Below are positions 56,391 to 64,000 of a stretch of DNA of 64,000 bases, piece by piece. This DNA is from a virus. How positions within the stretch are numbered: position 1 is the first letter of the stretch; the number at the start of each line of letters is the position of its first letter. Location: IMG/VR virus record IMGVR_UViG_3300032116_000025; one strand, written 5' to 3'. The notes under the pieces are model-generated. The model was given only the letters and a program-made list of their open reading frames with translations. It made no database searches and was not told where the DNA came from. Position numbers and translations under genes: made by a program.

Positions 56391-56606
56391 TCACTCTCCC
56401 CGCGCCGTCGCGCAGTAAAGGATGTACGCCTTTACGACGCCCCTCTCTGCTCCAATAAGAGGCCCGGCTTCCAGCCCTTTAGCCCGCTGCCGGTCGATAA
56501 ACCAACGCTCAAACTGGACAAGCTCGCCATCGAGCATCTCATCTAGCTTGCGTACGTCTAACTCCGACGGGGGCGGGCTGATCTTGATTTCTACCGATAG
56601 CTGCAT
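56391..56606 (-). CDS. Hypothetical protein
   Basis: 71 aa; abuts the downstream gene. Confidence 0.55.
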   Translation of the reverse strand: MQLSVEIKISPPPSELDVRKLDEMLDGELVQFERWFIDRQRAKGLEAGPLIGAERGVVKAYILYCATARGE

Positions 56607-56919
56607 CTTCGTCCTTCCTGTTGGTTTTCTTGCGGATCTTCCCGCCCTCTAGCGCTTCTTCAGCCTCAAGAGACAGGTTCTCCCAGTTTTCTAGCTCGTC
56701 TCGGGCTTCGCTAATCTTGACTTCGATTTCGTTGATCGTGCTCTCTACGTGCACCTCTGGAACCGTTGCGTAGTCAGACCGCGTAAACCGCATCTCAGCG
56801 TCGCCTGAATCAGACGACAAGTAGTTTGTCCGAAGATACAGGATAAGACCTTCTAGCACGGAGATCCTTGAGCGGATCTCCGAGATCTTATCGATTACGG
56901 TTCCAGCCTTTACGCCCAT
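56539..56919 (-). CDS. Coiled-coil hypothetical protein
   Basis: 126 aa, in operon. Confidence 0.65.
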   Translation of the reverse strand: MGVKAGTVIDKISEIRSRISVLEGLILYLRTNYLSSDSGDAEMRFTRSDYATVPEVHVESTINEIEVKISEARDELENWENLSLEAEEALEGGKIRKKTNRKDEDAAIGRNQDQPAPVGVRRTQAR

Positions 56920-56921
56920 GG

Positions 56922-57617
56922 CTACGCCAGAAGGAATGCCCGGAGACGCCCTTCAAGCGTTGCACCGGAAGAGGTGTCTTTGAGGATGTTTGCGAGGGGG
57001 TAGGCGATCCGCATACGGCGGTTCCTGACCTTGTCGTATACCTCACCGCCCCGATCACGCTCCATCTCTTTTTCGTTAGCGCGCCGAATATCACCCTCAA
57101 CGTGCTCTAGGACAATGTCCGCGTTGCAGTCTAGGCGGGTAAACATCTTGTAGACGAGCGTCACCCAGTGCTGAAGCGGGAGCCTTGCCATGACCTGCCC
57201 AACGAGGTCGGTTGGGTTGTGTACCGACTTGCACTTCGGGCACACGGCAACCCGCTTAGAGACAAACTGAATGTGAAGCGGCTCACCACACGTAACGGTT
57301 GACCCGTCCTTGCCGTCTTCCTTGCTGGGGCAAAGGTAAACAACCTCGTCGCCCCCGCCGTGCAAGAACCCTCCGTTAGTCCACACGCTGACCATTCCGA
57401 AGAATGGTCGGTGAAGAGAGCGATCTTGCGAGAAGCAAACTTCCAGCTTGAACCGGGCCTGCGCCTCGTCCAGATCTGTCAAAAACATCTTTGACAGCTT
57501 CTCTTCAACCTCCTCGTCAAGAACGGCATCGCGGGCAAGCTCCGCCATGTCGTAAAGGCCCCCGGACAGCGCACTGCTGCCGTCGGCGCTTACCATGCCC
57601 TGAGCGCCACGAGTCAC
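56922..57617 (-). CDS. Zinc-ribbon-containing hypothetical protein
   Basis: YLCP...TCG...CPKC. Confidence 0.7.
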   Translation of the reverse strand: MTRGAQGMVSADGSSALSGGLYDMAELARDAVLDEEVEEKLSKMFLTDLDEAQARFKLEVCFSQDRSLHRPFFGMVSVWTNGGFLHGGGDEVVYLCPSKEDGKDGSTVTCGEPLHIQFVSKRVAVCPKCKSVHNPTDLVGQVMARLPLQHWVTLVYKMFTRLDCNADIVLEHVEGDIRRANEKEMERDRGGEVYDKVRNRRMRIAYPLANILKDTSSGATLEGRLRAFLLA

Positions 57618-58045
57618 GTGCCCACCTTAAAGTGCTGTGCAACCAAGCCGGAGGCCGCGCCGATTGAGTGTGCGCCCTTGGTGCTTCCGGGCGCTGTATC
57701 TACCCTGCCAACGAGCGGTTGGCTGGTGACCTCAACGCCTTGACTAAGCACCCGGATTACCGTTTGGCCAAGTACTTCTGCTGCGTCCTTAGGCGCGCCC
57801 TTCATAACGACTCGCCAGAGGTACCGGACGCTCTTGGATGTCGTGTCTAGGAAGTAAACGCGGCTAATGTCTACAGACCACTTCTTGTCTGCAAGCGAGT
57901 CCTGCGTAATCAAATATTCCCGAACGACCTCGGCCCAAACCGCCGGGTCCTTTACTCGGAGCATGAGGGTTGCTGATCCCGCAGAGTCTTGCTTCTGGGT
58001 GACGATCTCAGTGCTGCAACGGCCAAGCGCTTGATCTAAACGCAT
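57614..58045 (-). CDS. Hypothetical protein
   Basis: 143 aa, coupled. Confidence 0.7.
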   Translation of the reverse strand: MRLDQALGRCSTEIVTQKQDSAGSATLMLRVKDPAVWAEVVREYLITQDSLADKKWSVDISRVYFLDTTSKSVRYLWRVVMKGAPKDAAEVLGQTVIRVLSQGVEVTSQPLVGRVDTAPGSTKGAHSIGAASGLVAQHFKVGT

Positions 58046-58046
58046 C

Positions 58047-58592
58047 TCAAGCTCCCATGTCGATGATGATTGCGTGTGTCACGTCGGCTAAGAGGTTGGT
58101 TGGCCCGCCCATAACGACGAGTTTGTCCTCAAACGCCGGGGTATCGGAGTAAATAGCGGGCATCCCAAAAACGCTTTGGGGCCTTGGATCCTCAAGCGCC
58201 AAGAACGCGCTAAGATCCTCGGCTTTTTGCGCTGCCAGAAACGTGGGCTTTACGCGGTACGCCGAGAGTGTTCGAGTTGCTAGCTCTAACGATAGGTACG
58301 GGTGCCGTTCAGGGTCAAAAGGCAGCGATGACAGGTTCCCAGACGCCTCTACCCGCTCCAGCACAAAGGCTGCGTCTACGTGTTGAGCAACCTCAACGCT
58401 TGGAATGACCTGTTCGCCGTCGGCTACGAGCCTTTGGACGTTAAACTCAGTCGGAGTGATGCGGATCTCAAGGGTGTCCGGCAGCTCCACCACGCGCTTA
58501 AACAGCGCCACGATCTCCTCGACCGTGCGAGGAAGGGGCTGGCTGTGCGTACGCAGCCTACGGCCTTCATCCTGGGTTGCTGCTGATTCCAT
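58047..58592 (-). CDS. Hypothetical protein
   Basis: 181 aa, coupled. Confidence 0.7.
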   Translation of the reverse strand: MESAATQDEGRRLRTHSQPLPRTVEEIVALFKRVVELPDTLEIRITPTEFNVQRLVADGEQVIPSVEVAQHVDAAFVLERVEASGNLSSLPFDPERHPYLSLELATRTLSAYRVKPTFLAAQKAEDLSAFLALEDPRPQSVFGMPAIYSDTPAFEDKLVVMGGPTNLLADVTHAIIIDMGA

Positions 58593-58773
58593 CGAGGATC
58601 CTTTCGCTCTTCGCTTCGAGCTTTTCTCGATACAGGCGCACGGCGTCGTTCACCACTCCGGCTATTCCAGCCTCGTGGTGTTGAGCTGCTGCGCGCAGAA
58701 ACTCCAACGTGTCCTGGCTAAACCGGACCGTCGTAGGAGCTGCTTTTTTTGAACCGTCTCTCCGACGAGACAT
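58567..58773 (-). CDS. Ribbon-helix-helix (CopG/Arc-like) regulator
   Basis: PTTVRFSQDTLEFLRAAA...IAGVVNDAVRLY; ATG at 58773. Confidence 0.7.
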   Translation of the reverse strand: MSRRRDGSKKAAPTTVRFSQDTLEFLRAAAQHHEAGIAGVVNDAVRLYREKLEAKSERILDGISSNPG

Positions 58774-58778
58774 CGCTT

Positions 58779-58818
58779 GAGAATACTTAGCGAATACCAA
58801 TCGTCAAGAGAATACTTA
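58779..58818 (-). promoter_or_regulatory. Sigma-70-type promoter TTGACG-N16-TATTCT overlapped by 11 bp direct repeats
   Basis: GAGAATACTTA at 58779-58789 and 58808-58818, GAATAC at 58792-58797; -10 lies 6 nt before the ATG. Confidence 0.65.
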
Positions 58819-58827
58819 CTCGACGGC

Positions 58828-59100
58828 TCAGAAAGTGTTGCTTGTCTCCGTAATCGACGAGAGAGCCAAGAGCGCTTGCTCAAGACCAACCAATCCGGGG
58901 AACCGAACTTGGATGCGGCGGCAGGCCACCCGGCTCAATGCGCTAAGATCTTCAGCGCTGGTGGTCAGCCCGTTAATAAGGGCTACGTCGCGCAGCTCAA
59001 CCTCTAGCTCAGCGCGAAGCCTTTGGTTGGCCCCTAACCAATACGGGAGCCAACTCCAGCGAAGCTCAACAGCCCCCTCAATAAGCTCGACTAGCTTCAT
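58828..59100 (-). CDS. Hypothetical protein
   Basis: 90 aa, ATGA overlap. Confidence 0.65.
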   Translation of the reverse strand: MKLVELIEGAVELRWSWLPYWLGANQRLRAELEVELRDVALINGLTTSAEDLSALSRVACRRIQVRFPGLVGLEQALLALSSITETSNTF

Positions 59101-60779
59101 GAGGAGCGGACGGTGGCCTGTAAGAAGTGAACGGTTGCGTCAAGCTGGTCATCCGGGTGAGACCAATCCCGCTCCAGCGAGATCCACACCGGAGCATTGG
59201 TAGCCAAGCCGGGTAGTACCAGCGGAAGCTCGTACACTGTGTTGGCCGAAACCATGTTGACTGTGCCGCTAACACTTAGCGGCAGCGGGCCGCCCGGAGA
59301 TCCGGTAGCCAAACCGTAGTTCACCTTAAACCGAGCCGTCTTGCCTACCGACCCGTTTGAGTCTGAAGTCAGGTAAAGCCGTAGCTTTGGCGCAGAAACG
59401 GGTGCCGCCGTGTGGAACCTAGCGCGGATGAACCGCCCATCGGCAGCAATAAACGACCGAAGGTACGCCGTAAACGACAGAGAACCGCTAACGTGCCCGA
59501 ACCGGACACGAAGCTCGTTGGCTGCTGACAACCCAGCTGACCCAAAAACTCCAGGATCGAAGGTTACAAAGTCTAAAATCGACAGGCTTTGATAAACAAC
59601 CTCTTTACCGCCAGTTTCCACGGCGCCGCCAACTGAGGCCCATACAGACGGCACAGGGAACGGAATAAACGAACTCTCAGCTAGTCCTGAAAGCTCTGTG
59701 TAGTAAACCGTGTTGTCCCTGAAGTTCAGCCTTACGCCTTGGTATGGGGAAGCTACCGCCGCGTAAACGGCTTGAGCTTCAAATCCAGAACCCACCGCAC
59801 CCGAGGGAATGTCCTCAGACAGCACCGTGGTGTACGCGTAAACTTTTGTTGGGGCAGCCGCTGTCGTAACGGCCTTTTCGTAGAAGTTGATGTCCGGCGC
59901 AGTAGCTTGCAGAGCTAGCGCGCCGCCCGGCGTTAATGACCAAGCAGCAGGTGACCCGGCGCCAAACCTGGTCCAGCCCTGCGCATCTGGAAACACCCCG
60001 TCTCGAGCGTCGTAGTCAATCACTACGTTGCACTTGTCAAACGGGATCGATACCTGTCCCGGGCCTGCCGGCTGTCCGGAGTAGGTAGAGAGGCGGCTGC
60101 CCGTAAGCCACTGGCGTGGGGCCCCTCCGATGTCTGCGTCGTTGGGAGAAAGGATCATGGCCGGAGCCTCCAGCGTGATTACAGCAACGGCGCTCTCACA
60201 ACCGCAGCAGCGATCTACGACAGTTACCGTGTAAGAGCCAGTGTCGGGTACTTCGGGCAAGGGCGCCCGCAGCATTGTGTCTACCGTTGGCGCTCCCGAT
60301 GGAGGAGCTACGGCTACAACAGGCGGCGGAGCAGCAAATACAGAAAGAGGAGTCCCAGGAACGTAAGATAGCGGTATCTCATAAGTTCCTCCGGGCCCGT
60401 CCACTTTAAGTGAGTAGCAGGTGATCGGGATCAGCGCGTCTGACGCTACTACGTAAAAGTAGCCGTCAGAAACAAATCCACCAAACACTGCGATGCCGCC
60501 GAGACGCTTTTGCGTTCTTACGCGCGAGCAGCTCTCACAAGCCACTTCTAGCTGTGAAGCCCGAAACGTACCGGAGAACAATCCCCACTGGGTCCCGGGG
60601 GCTCCGCCACCGAAGTACGTACCAAACGGCGTGGCACCAAATCCGCCCGGAGGGTAGATTGGATCAAACTGCATCCAACGTTCTACCGTGGACGTAACCG
60701 CCAGGCGCTTTTCACGAAAGCGGTTGAACCCGCACGTACAGCGCTGGTTTGGTACTAAAGCCACGTACGTCTCACGCAA
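59097..60779 (-). CDS. Putative virion protein (Cys-containing N-terminus, beta-sandwich-like C-terminus)
   Basis: 560 aa; GFGATPFGTYFGG motif; start uncertain. Confidence 0.55.
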   Translation of the reverse strand: MRETYVALVPNQRCTCGFNRFREKRLAVTSTVERWMQFDPIYPPGGFGATPFGTYFGGGAPGTQWGLFSGTFRASQLEVACESCSRVRTQKRLGGIAVFGGFVSDGYFYVVASDALIPITCYSLKVDGPGGTYEIPLSYVPGTPLSVFAAPPPVVAVAPPSGAPTVDTMLRAPLPEVPDTGSYTVTVVDRCCGCESAVAVITLEAPAMILSPNDADIGGAPRQWLTGSRLSTYSGQPAGPGQVSIPFDKCNVVIDYDARDGVFPDAQGWTRFGAGSPAAWSLTPGGALALQATAPDINFYEKAVTTAAAPTKVYAYTTVLSEDIPSGAVGSGFEAQAVYAAVASPYQGVRLNFRDNTVYYTELSGLAESSFIPFPVPSVWASVGGAVETGGKEVVYQSLSILDFVTFDPGVFGSAGLSAANELRVRFGHVSGSLSFTAYLRSFIAADGRFIRARFHTAAPVSAPKLRLYLTSDSNGSVGKTARFKVNYGLATGSPGGPLPLSVSGTVNMVSANTVYELPLVLPGLATNAPVWISLERDWSHPDDQLDATVHFLQATVRSS

Positions 60780-60945
60780 TCTTGGGCGGCACTAACAGGC
60801 GCTCTAACACGTAGTCTGTCGTTGGCGGAGGAGCAAACGATTCCCTAAGCCTCGCCTGCGTCACTGAGACGGTCTTTACCACCTTCTCAAACTGCTTCAG
60901 AGACTCTCGCATCTGATGCACTTCTTCAGGGTCGTGCTTTTTCAT
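60772..60945 (-). CDS. Small hypothetical protein (57 aa, not in the ORF track)
   Basis: MKKHDPEEV...LLVPPKIA*; ATGA overlap upstream and TTGCGTGA overlap downstream. Confidence 0.6.
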   Translation of the reverse strand: MKKHDPEEVHQMRESLKQFEKVVKTVSVTQARLRESFAPPPTTDYVLERLLVPPKIA

Positions 60946-61277
60946 CGCCGCACTCCTTTGGGGTGGGTGTCGCGTACGGCGTCCTCCAGAATCTCAATGC
61001 GCTTTTCAACTCGATCGAGGGTCTGAAGAGTGCGCTCGTAGACGTTCTTTACCTCGGTAGACGTACGCACCTGCTCGCGCAACGCACCGTTAAACTCGGT
61101 GGTTACTGCAAGCAGAGTGTCGCGCACCTCGCGAGCGTCTTGCACGCGAGCCGACTGAACTTCGCCAAGCCTTTGCGAAAGAGACTTGGCGTAAAGAGCC
61201 AGCGGGATTGTTACCAGGACAAAGAAGGCTCCGAAGATGCCGCCTTGGGTAATTAGCGTACTCGTTGCAGCATCCAC
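60942..61277 (-). CDS. BhlA/UviB-like single-TM holin-like protein
   Basis: LITQGGIFGAFFVLV TM helix followed by a coiled coil. Confidence 0.5.
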   Translation of the reverse strand: MDAATSTLITQGGIFGAFFVLVTIPLALYAKSLSQRLGEVQSARVQDAREVRDTLLAVTTEFNGALREQVRTSTEVKNVYERTLQTLDRVEKRIEILEDAVRDTHPKGVRR

Positions 61278-61315
61278 GGGGTTTCCTTACTAGTAGTCTA
61301 ACTACCGCTGCTAGT

Positions 61316-62305
61316 TCAGAACGTGCCGGTAACTGTCCAGCCAAAAAGACGGGCAACGAGCTGAATGCCCGTGTTGGCCGGTACGGTTACAGCAGGAACA
61401 ACGCCGCCGACGGGGCTGATGATAGAGCTTACCGTTGGCCCAATCGGACTAGCGAGCGAAATTGAGTTTGCCCCGTCTACGTTGATCAACGTAAGCTGCG
61501 TGCCGCGCGGGTAGTCAGCGGAGCTGGGAAGCGTTACGATAACGCCCGCACCACCGGGGACTAGCTCAATAAACGTCGGGTAAGACGTGTCGAGCGTAAG
61601 GTCTACCGCGGCGCCACCGGCGTTGACCAAGGATGCAGAGCACCGAGCTACTGCCCCGATGTTTACGGAGCCCGACGTGACGCGAACCTGCGGGTTATAG
61701 TGGCTGCCCGCGCCAGGGTCACCGATGATCTCTACACGTGAGGTGCCGCCATCCGCTAGAACCACGCGGGGCGTCTGGACATACTCGCCGTTTACTAAGC
61801 TGGTCCCAGAAGCCCCGTTAACCACAATACCAGCGTTGCCACCGTTATGGTCAACGGTGACACCGTCTCCCGCTCCAGCCGCAGAGATATAAGCCCCGTC
61901 TCCTGATCCTGACGCGCTGATAGAAACGCCTGGACCAGACGACGAAGCAAGCAGGCCAACAGCAATGCCCGGGCCGTTCGCGGACCCAAGCATCGCAATC
62001 TCAATGCCGGGCGCCCCGAGAGTAGATACGTTTGAAATCTCTAAGGGGGTAACCTTGTTGCCCGCAACTGTGTTTTGCAGAGTAATAGCTCCGCTAACCG
62101 GAACTACGTCAACAATCCGACCTGAGTCGTAAACGTCTTGGAGCGTGGGAACACTGCCACCGCCGCCAACAGGCCCAACGGTGTTTCCCGCAGCATCAAT
62201 GACGTAAAGCTGGTCGTCGCTCTGATCAAAGTAGAGCGCGCCCTCCCCAGCGGGAACGGTAGGAGCGGTGCCGGCACCAAGACGAATGTTTGCAGCAGTA
62301 GTCAT
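61316..62305 (-). CDS. Fibre-like virion protein
   Basis: TLQDVYD.G motif; Gly/Ser beta repeats (G.G..I.A.G.G). Confidence 0.55.
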   Translation of the reverse strand: MTTAANIRLGAGTAPTVPAGEGALYFDQSDDQLYVIDAAGNTVGPVGGGGSVPTLQDVYDSGRIVDVVPVSGAITLQNTVAGNKVTPLEISNVSTLGAPGIEIAMLGSANGPGIAVGLLASSSGPGVSISASGSGDGAYISAAGAGDGVTVDHNGGNAGIVVNGASGTSLVNGEYVQTPRVVLADGGTSRVEIIGDPGAGSHYNPQVRVTSGSVNIGAVARCSASLVNAGGAAVDLTLDTSYPTFIELVPGGAGVIVTLPSSADYPRGTQLTLINVDGANSISLASPIGPTVSSIISPVGGVVPAVTVPANTGIQLVARLFGWTVTGTF

Positions 62306-62308
62306 CTC

Positions 62309-62386
62309 TCACTCCTCACTGTGGAACTTGGGTGGGTCACCACTTGTAAATATAATTGCGCCTGACGGGTTTGAAGGGCCAGCCAT
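62309..62386 (-). CDS. 25 aa small ORF or truncated paralog
   Basis: RBS GAGGAG; MAGPSNPSGAIIFTSGDPPKFHSEE*; fills the gap between genes. Confidence 0.4.
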   Translation of the reverse strand: MAGPSNPSGAIIFTSGDPPKFHSEE

Positions 62387-62396
62387 GTTGATCTCC

Positions 62397-62693
62397 TCAG
62401 GGAATGACCATGAGCTGCGCGCCCGGAGATAGCGTAAACGACGCACCAGGATCTACAATTAGGCCCGGCGCTTTAACAATGTACTGGTAATCCGCAGGAA
62501 TGACGTACGCGTCACCAGTGCGAAGATTAAACTTCGTACCCAGCTGCGTTGCTCCGCCAACCCCCAGCGGACCCGTCTCGGTACCGGCGTCGTCCTTGGT
62601 GTAAAGGAAGCCGTCTGTTTTTGCGTAAACAGCGACTTGGCCCGGATCAGGGGTCGAGGCCGCAGGTCCCGTCGTTAGCTTAAGCTGCGCCAT
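62397..62693 (-). CDS. Small two-module virion protein
   Basis: N-terminal half resembles the N-terminus of 61316-62305; C-terminal half resembles the C-terminus of 62703-63362. Confidence 0.65.
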   Translation of the reverse strand: MAQLKLTTGPAASTPDPGQVAVYAKTDGFLYTKDDAGTETGPLGVGGATQLGTKFNLRTGDAYVIPADYQYIVKAPGLIVDPGASFTLSPGAQLMVIP

Positions 62694-62702
62694 GTGGTCC
62701 TC

Positions 62703-63362
62703 TCAGATGATGACGATCTGCCCGCCCACGTCTGCGGTAATAGCCCCGCCGCCGTCGATCAGGATAGTTCCCTGAACCAGATACTGGTAGCGGGAGGGGA
62801 CGATAATATCGTCGGTGCTTTCCAGCCACCACTTTGTTCCCGTACTCGGGGAGCCTCCGCCGCTTAGCGACTCGACGGCGTTAGTCAGCTCCCACGCCCA
62901 TTCAGCCCATCCACGCCAGTTTTGTCCAGATACGCCAAGCCCCGCCCTGTTGGCGTAAGCGGCGTTGTCTGTGCTGGTGTCGGGATTATTCGACGAGATC
63001 TTGTTCGACGTTGGGGCGGTTTCAGGAAACAGGGGAACCCGCAGGTTCGTGCTTAGCGTACGAACCGACGCAATTCTAGTGGTCTCTGTAACTACGCCGC
63101 TGGCGTTTGCTGTGAGCCTAACGAGGAACGCACAGGGACTAACAACCCCGAGCGCAGGGCCAATCGTCACGGAAGAGCCAGAAGTGCTGCTTAATGAAGC
63201 TGCGGACCCTACCTGGTCGAGAATCTCCCAGGTATACGTGACGCCTACCCCAATCGGACTAACAACAGCAAGCGTAATGACCTCACCGGGCACTAGGTCG
63301 TGACGAGAACGACCGTCGATGCCCGACCCAGGAGTCGCTTGGTCAATCCGAAACTCGGCCAT
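62703..63362 (-). CDS. Virion protein with PKD/Ig-like N-terminal domain
   Basis: TYTWEIL...FLVRLTAN; leaderless-type start. Confidence 0.6.
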   Translation of the reverse strand: MAEFRIDQATPGSGIDGRSRHDLVPGEVITLAVVSPIGVGVTYTWEILDQVGSAASLSSTSGSSVTIGPALGVVSPCAFLVRLTANASGVVTETTRIASVRTLSTNLRVPLFPETAPTSNKISSNNPDTSTDNAAYANRAGLGVSGQNWRGWAEWAWELTNAVESLSGGGSPSTGTKWWLESTDDIIVPSRYQYLVQGTILIDGGGAITADVGGQIVII

Positions 63363-63399
63363 GACGCAAGGATAGCATTACCCCGCGCGGCAGAGAATC

Positions 63400-63756
63400 T
63401 CAAACCCCCGGTTTGTCGGGAAGCTCAAAGAGCACAAGACCTGGGAGAATCCAGCGGACCATTGCTTTGGAGCCCGGAAAGAAGTTAGCGGCTACCTGCT
63501 CAGCTTCGTCGCTAGCTATTGGGATGCCGCTAACCTCTGACAGCGTGGCCCAACAGGCCATGCGAAGCGGAGATCCTTGCAGGTAAAGCCTGTACCGGTC
63601 GTTAGTGAAAAGGCGCCCGTACACAGCACAACTTCTGCCGGTAAAGCTGGCAGGTTCAGCAGCGTCTTTAGCGGAAAACCAGCCAGGTGGAAGGGGCTGC
63701 GGAGTCCAGGAGTTGATAAGCTCCACGATCCGCAGCTCCCCCTGTATGCCAGGCAT
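63400..63756 (-). CDS. Hypothetical protein
   Basis: 118 aa; follows the GroES-like stop. Confidence 0.6.
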   Translation of the reverse strand: MPGIQGELRIVELINSWTPQPLPPGWFSAKDAAEPASFTGRSCAVYGRLFTNDRYRLYLQGSPLRMACWATLSEVSGIPIASDEAEQVAANFFPGSKAMVRWILPGLVLFELPDKPGV

Positions 63757-63757
63757 C

Positions 63758-64000
63758 TTACCGCAGGATCTTATCGTGCTCCGAGGGATCGTACATCAGC
63801 TGCACGTCGCTTGGAGCAAGCTGAATCAGGTCTTTACCCAGCGTGTGACGAATGTTCTTGTTTGTGTGCTGTTCAGCAAGGAAGCGCACGAACACGATCT
63901 TCTGCCCAACTTCTAGGCCGGGGATGGGAATGCGCTCCGCCCCCTTCCAGATCGTGCCAAACGCTAGGATCGTGCCTGTGTTGTTGGCGTGTTCCATAGC
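63758..64000 (-). CDS. groES: GroES/Cpn10-like co-chaperonin (5' end probably outside the window)
   Basis: GTILAFG...ERIPI.GLEVGQKIVF.RF...L...SDV matches the Cpn10 pattern GxVxAVG...VKVGDxVLF. Confidence 0.65.
   Translation of the reverse strand, partial: AMEHANNTGTILAFGTIWKGAERIPIPGLEVGQKIVFVRFLAEQHTNKNIRHTLGKDLIQLAPSDVQLMYDPSEHDKILR

Larger units (their letters stand above)
1..64000. mobile_element. Segment of a large contractile-tailed (myovirus-like) dsDNA bacteriophage genome
   Basis: Dense, overlapping ORFs; phage-type replication operon on +, baseplate/tail/lysis/tape-measure genes on -; no host housekeeping genes or integrase seen. Confidence 0.93.

Noticed and set aside
55722-56919. 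Tail assembly chaperone G/GT frameshift upstream of the tape measure gene
   Set aside because: The adjacent gene is on the opposite strand and a terminator intervenes; I found no slippery site joined to a start-less ORF there
61316-63362. Diversity-generating retroelement or invertible fibre cassette
   Set aside because: Similarity is at protein level only; no near-identical TR/VR pair, reverse transcriptase or invertase in the window
1-64000. Stop-codon reassignment
   Set aside because: Long genes are intact in the standard code, and TAA, TAG and TGA all end tightly coupled genes
1-64000. tRNA, rRNA, introns or inteins
   Set aside because: Intergenic gaps are tiny, no cloverleaf was seen, and helicase, PolA and RecA are uninterrupted and of ordinary length

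Overview
The whole window looks like part of a large, GC-rich, contractile-tailed dsDNA phage genome. I saw no host housekeeping genes, integrase, tRNA, rRNA or CRISPR array. Bases 1-12.5 kb (+ strand) hold a replication/recombination operon: DUF932-like protein, DnaB-like helicase, DnaG-like primase, gp32-like SSB, family A DNA polymerase, RecA-like protein, Hjc-like and RusA-like resolvases, and a Cas4-like nuclease. Bases 12.5-13.2 kb form a self-contained cassette: a palindromic divergent promoter, a candidate sRNA and a glycine-zipper membrane gene. Bases 13.2-64 kb (- strand) hold lysis, baseplate, tail and other virion genes, a phage sigma-70-like factor, a tape-measure-like gene, small regulators and a GroES-like gene. 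The strongest hidden signals are: (1) a shared F-x-[DE]-E-[LM]-x-K-x-[AS] / K-x-A motif that heads several unrelated genes, including the sigma factor, and marks the domain junctions of a polyprotein-like ORF, which may be a capsid-targeting or protease-cleavage code; (2) an unannotated -1 ribosomal frameshift at G_GGA_AAA in the last replication-operon gene; (3) tandem NrdR-like boxes 31 bp apart in front of the helicase; (4) a repeated intergenic GCCTATCAG motif; (5) many apparently leaderless genes. All calls come from motif recognition by eye; no searches were run.
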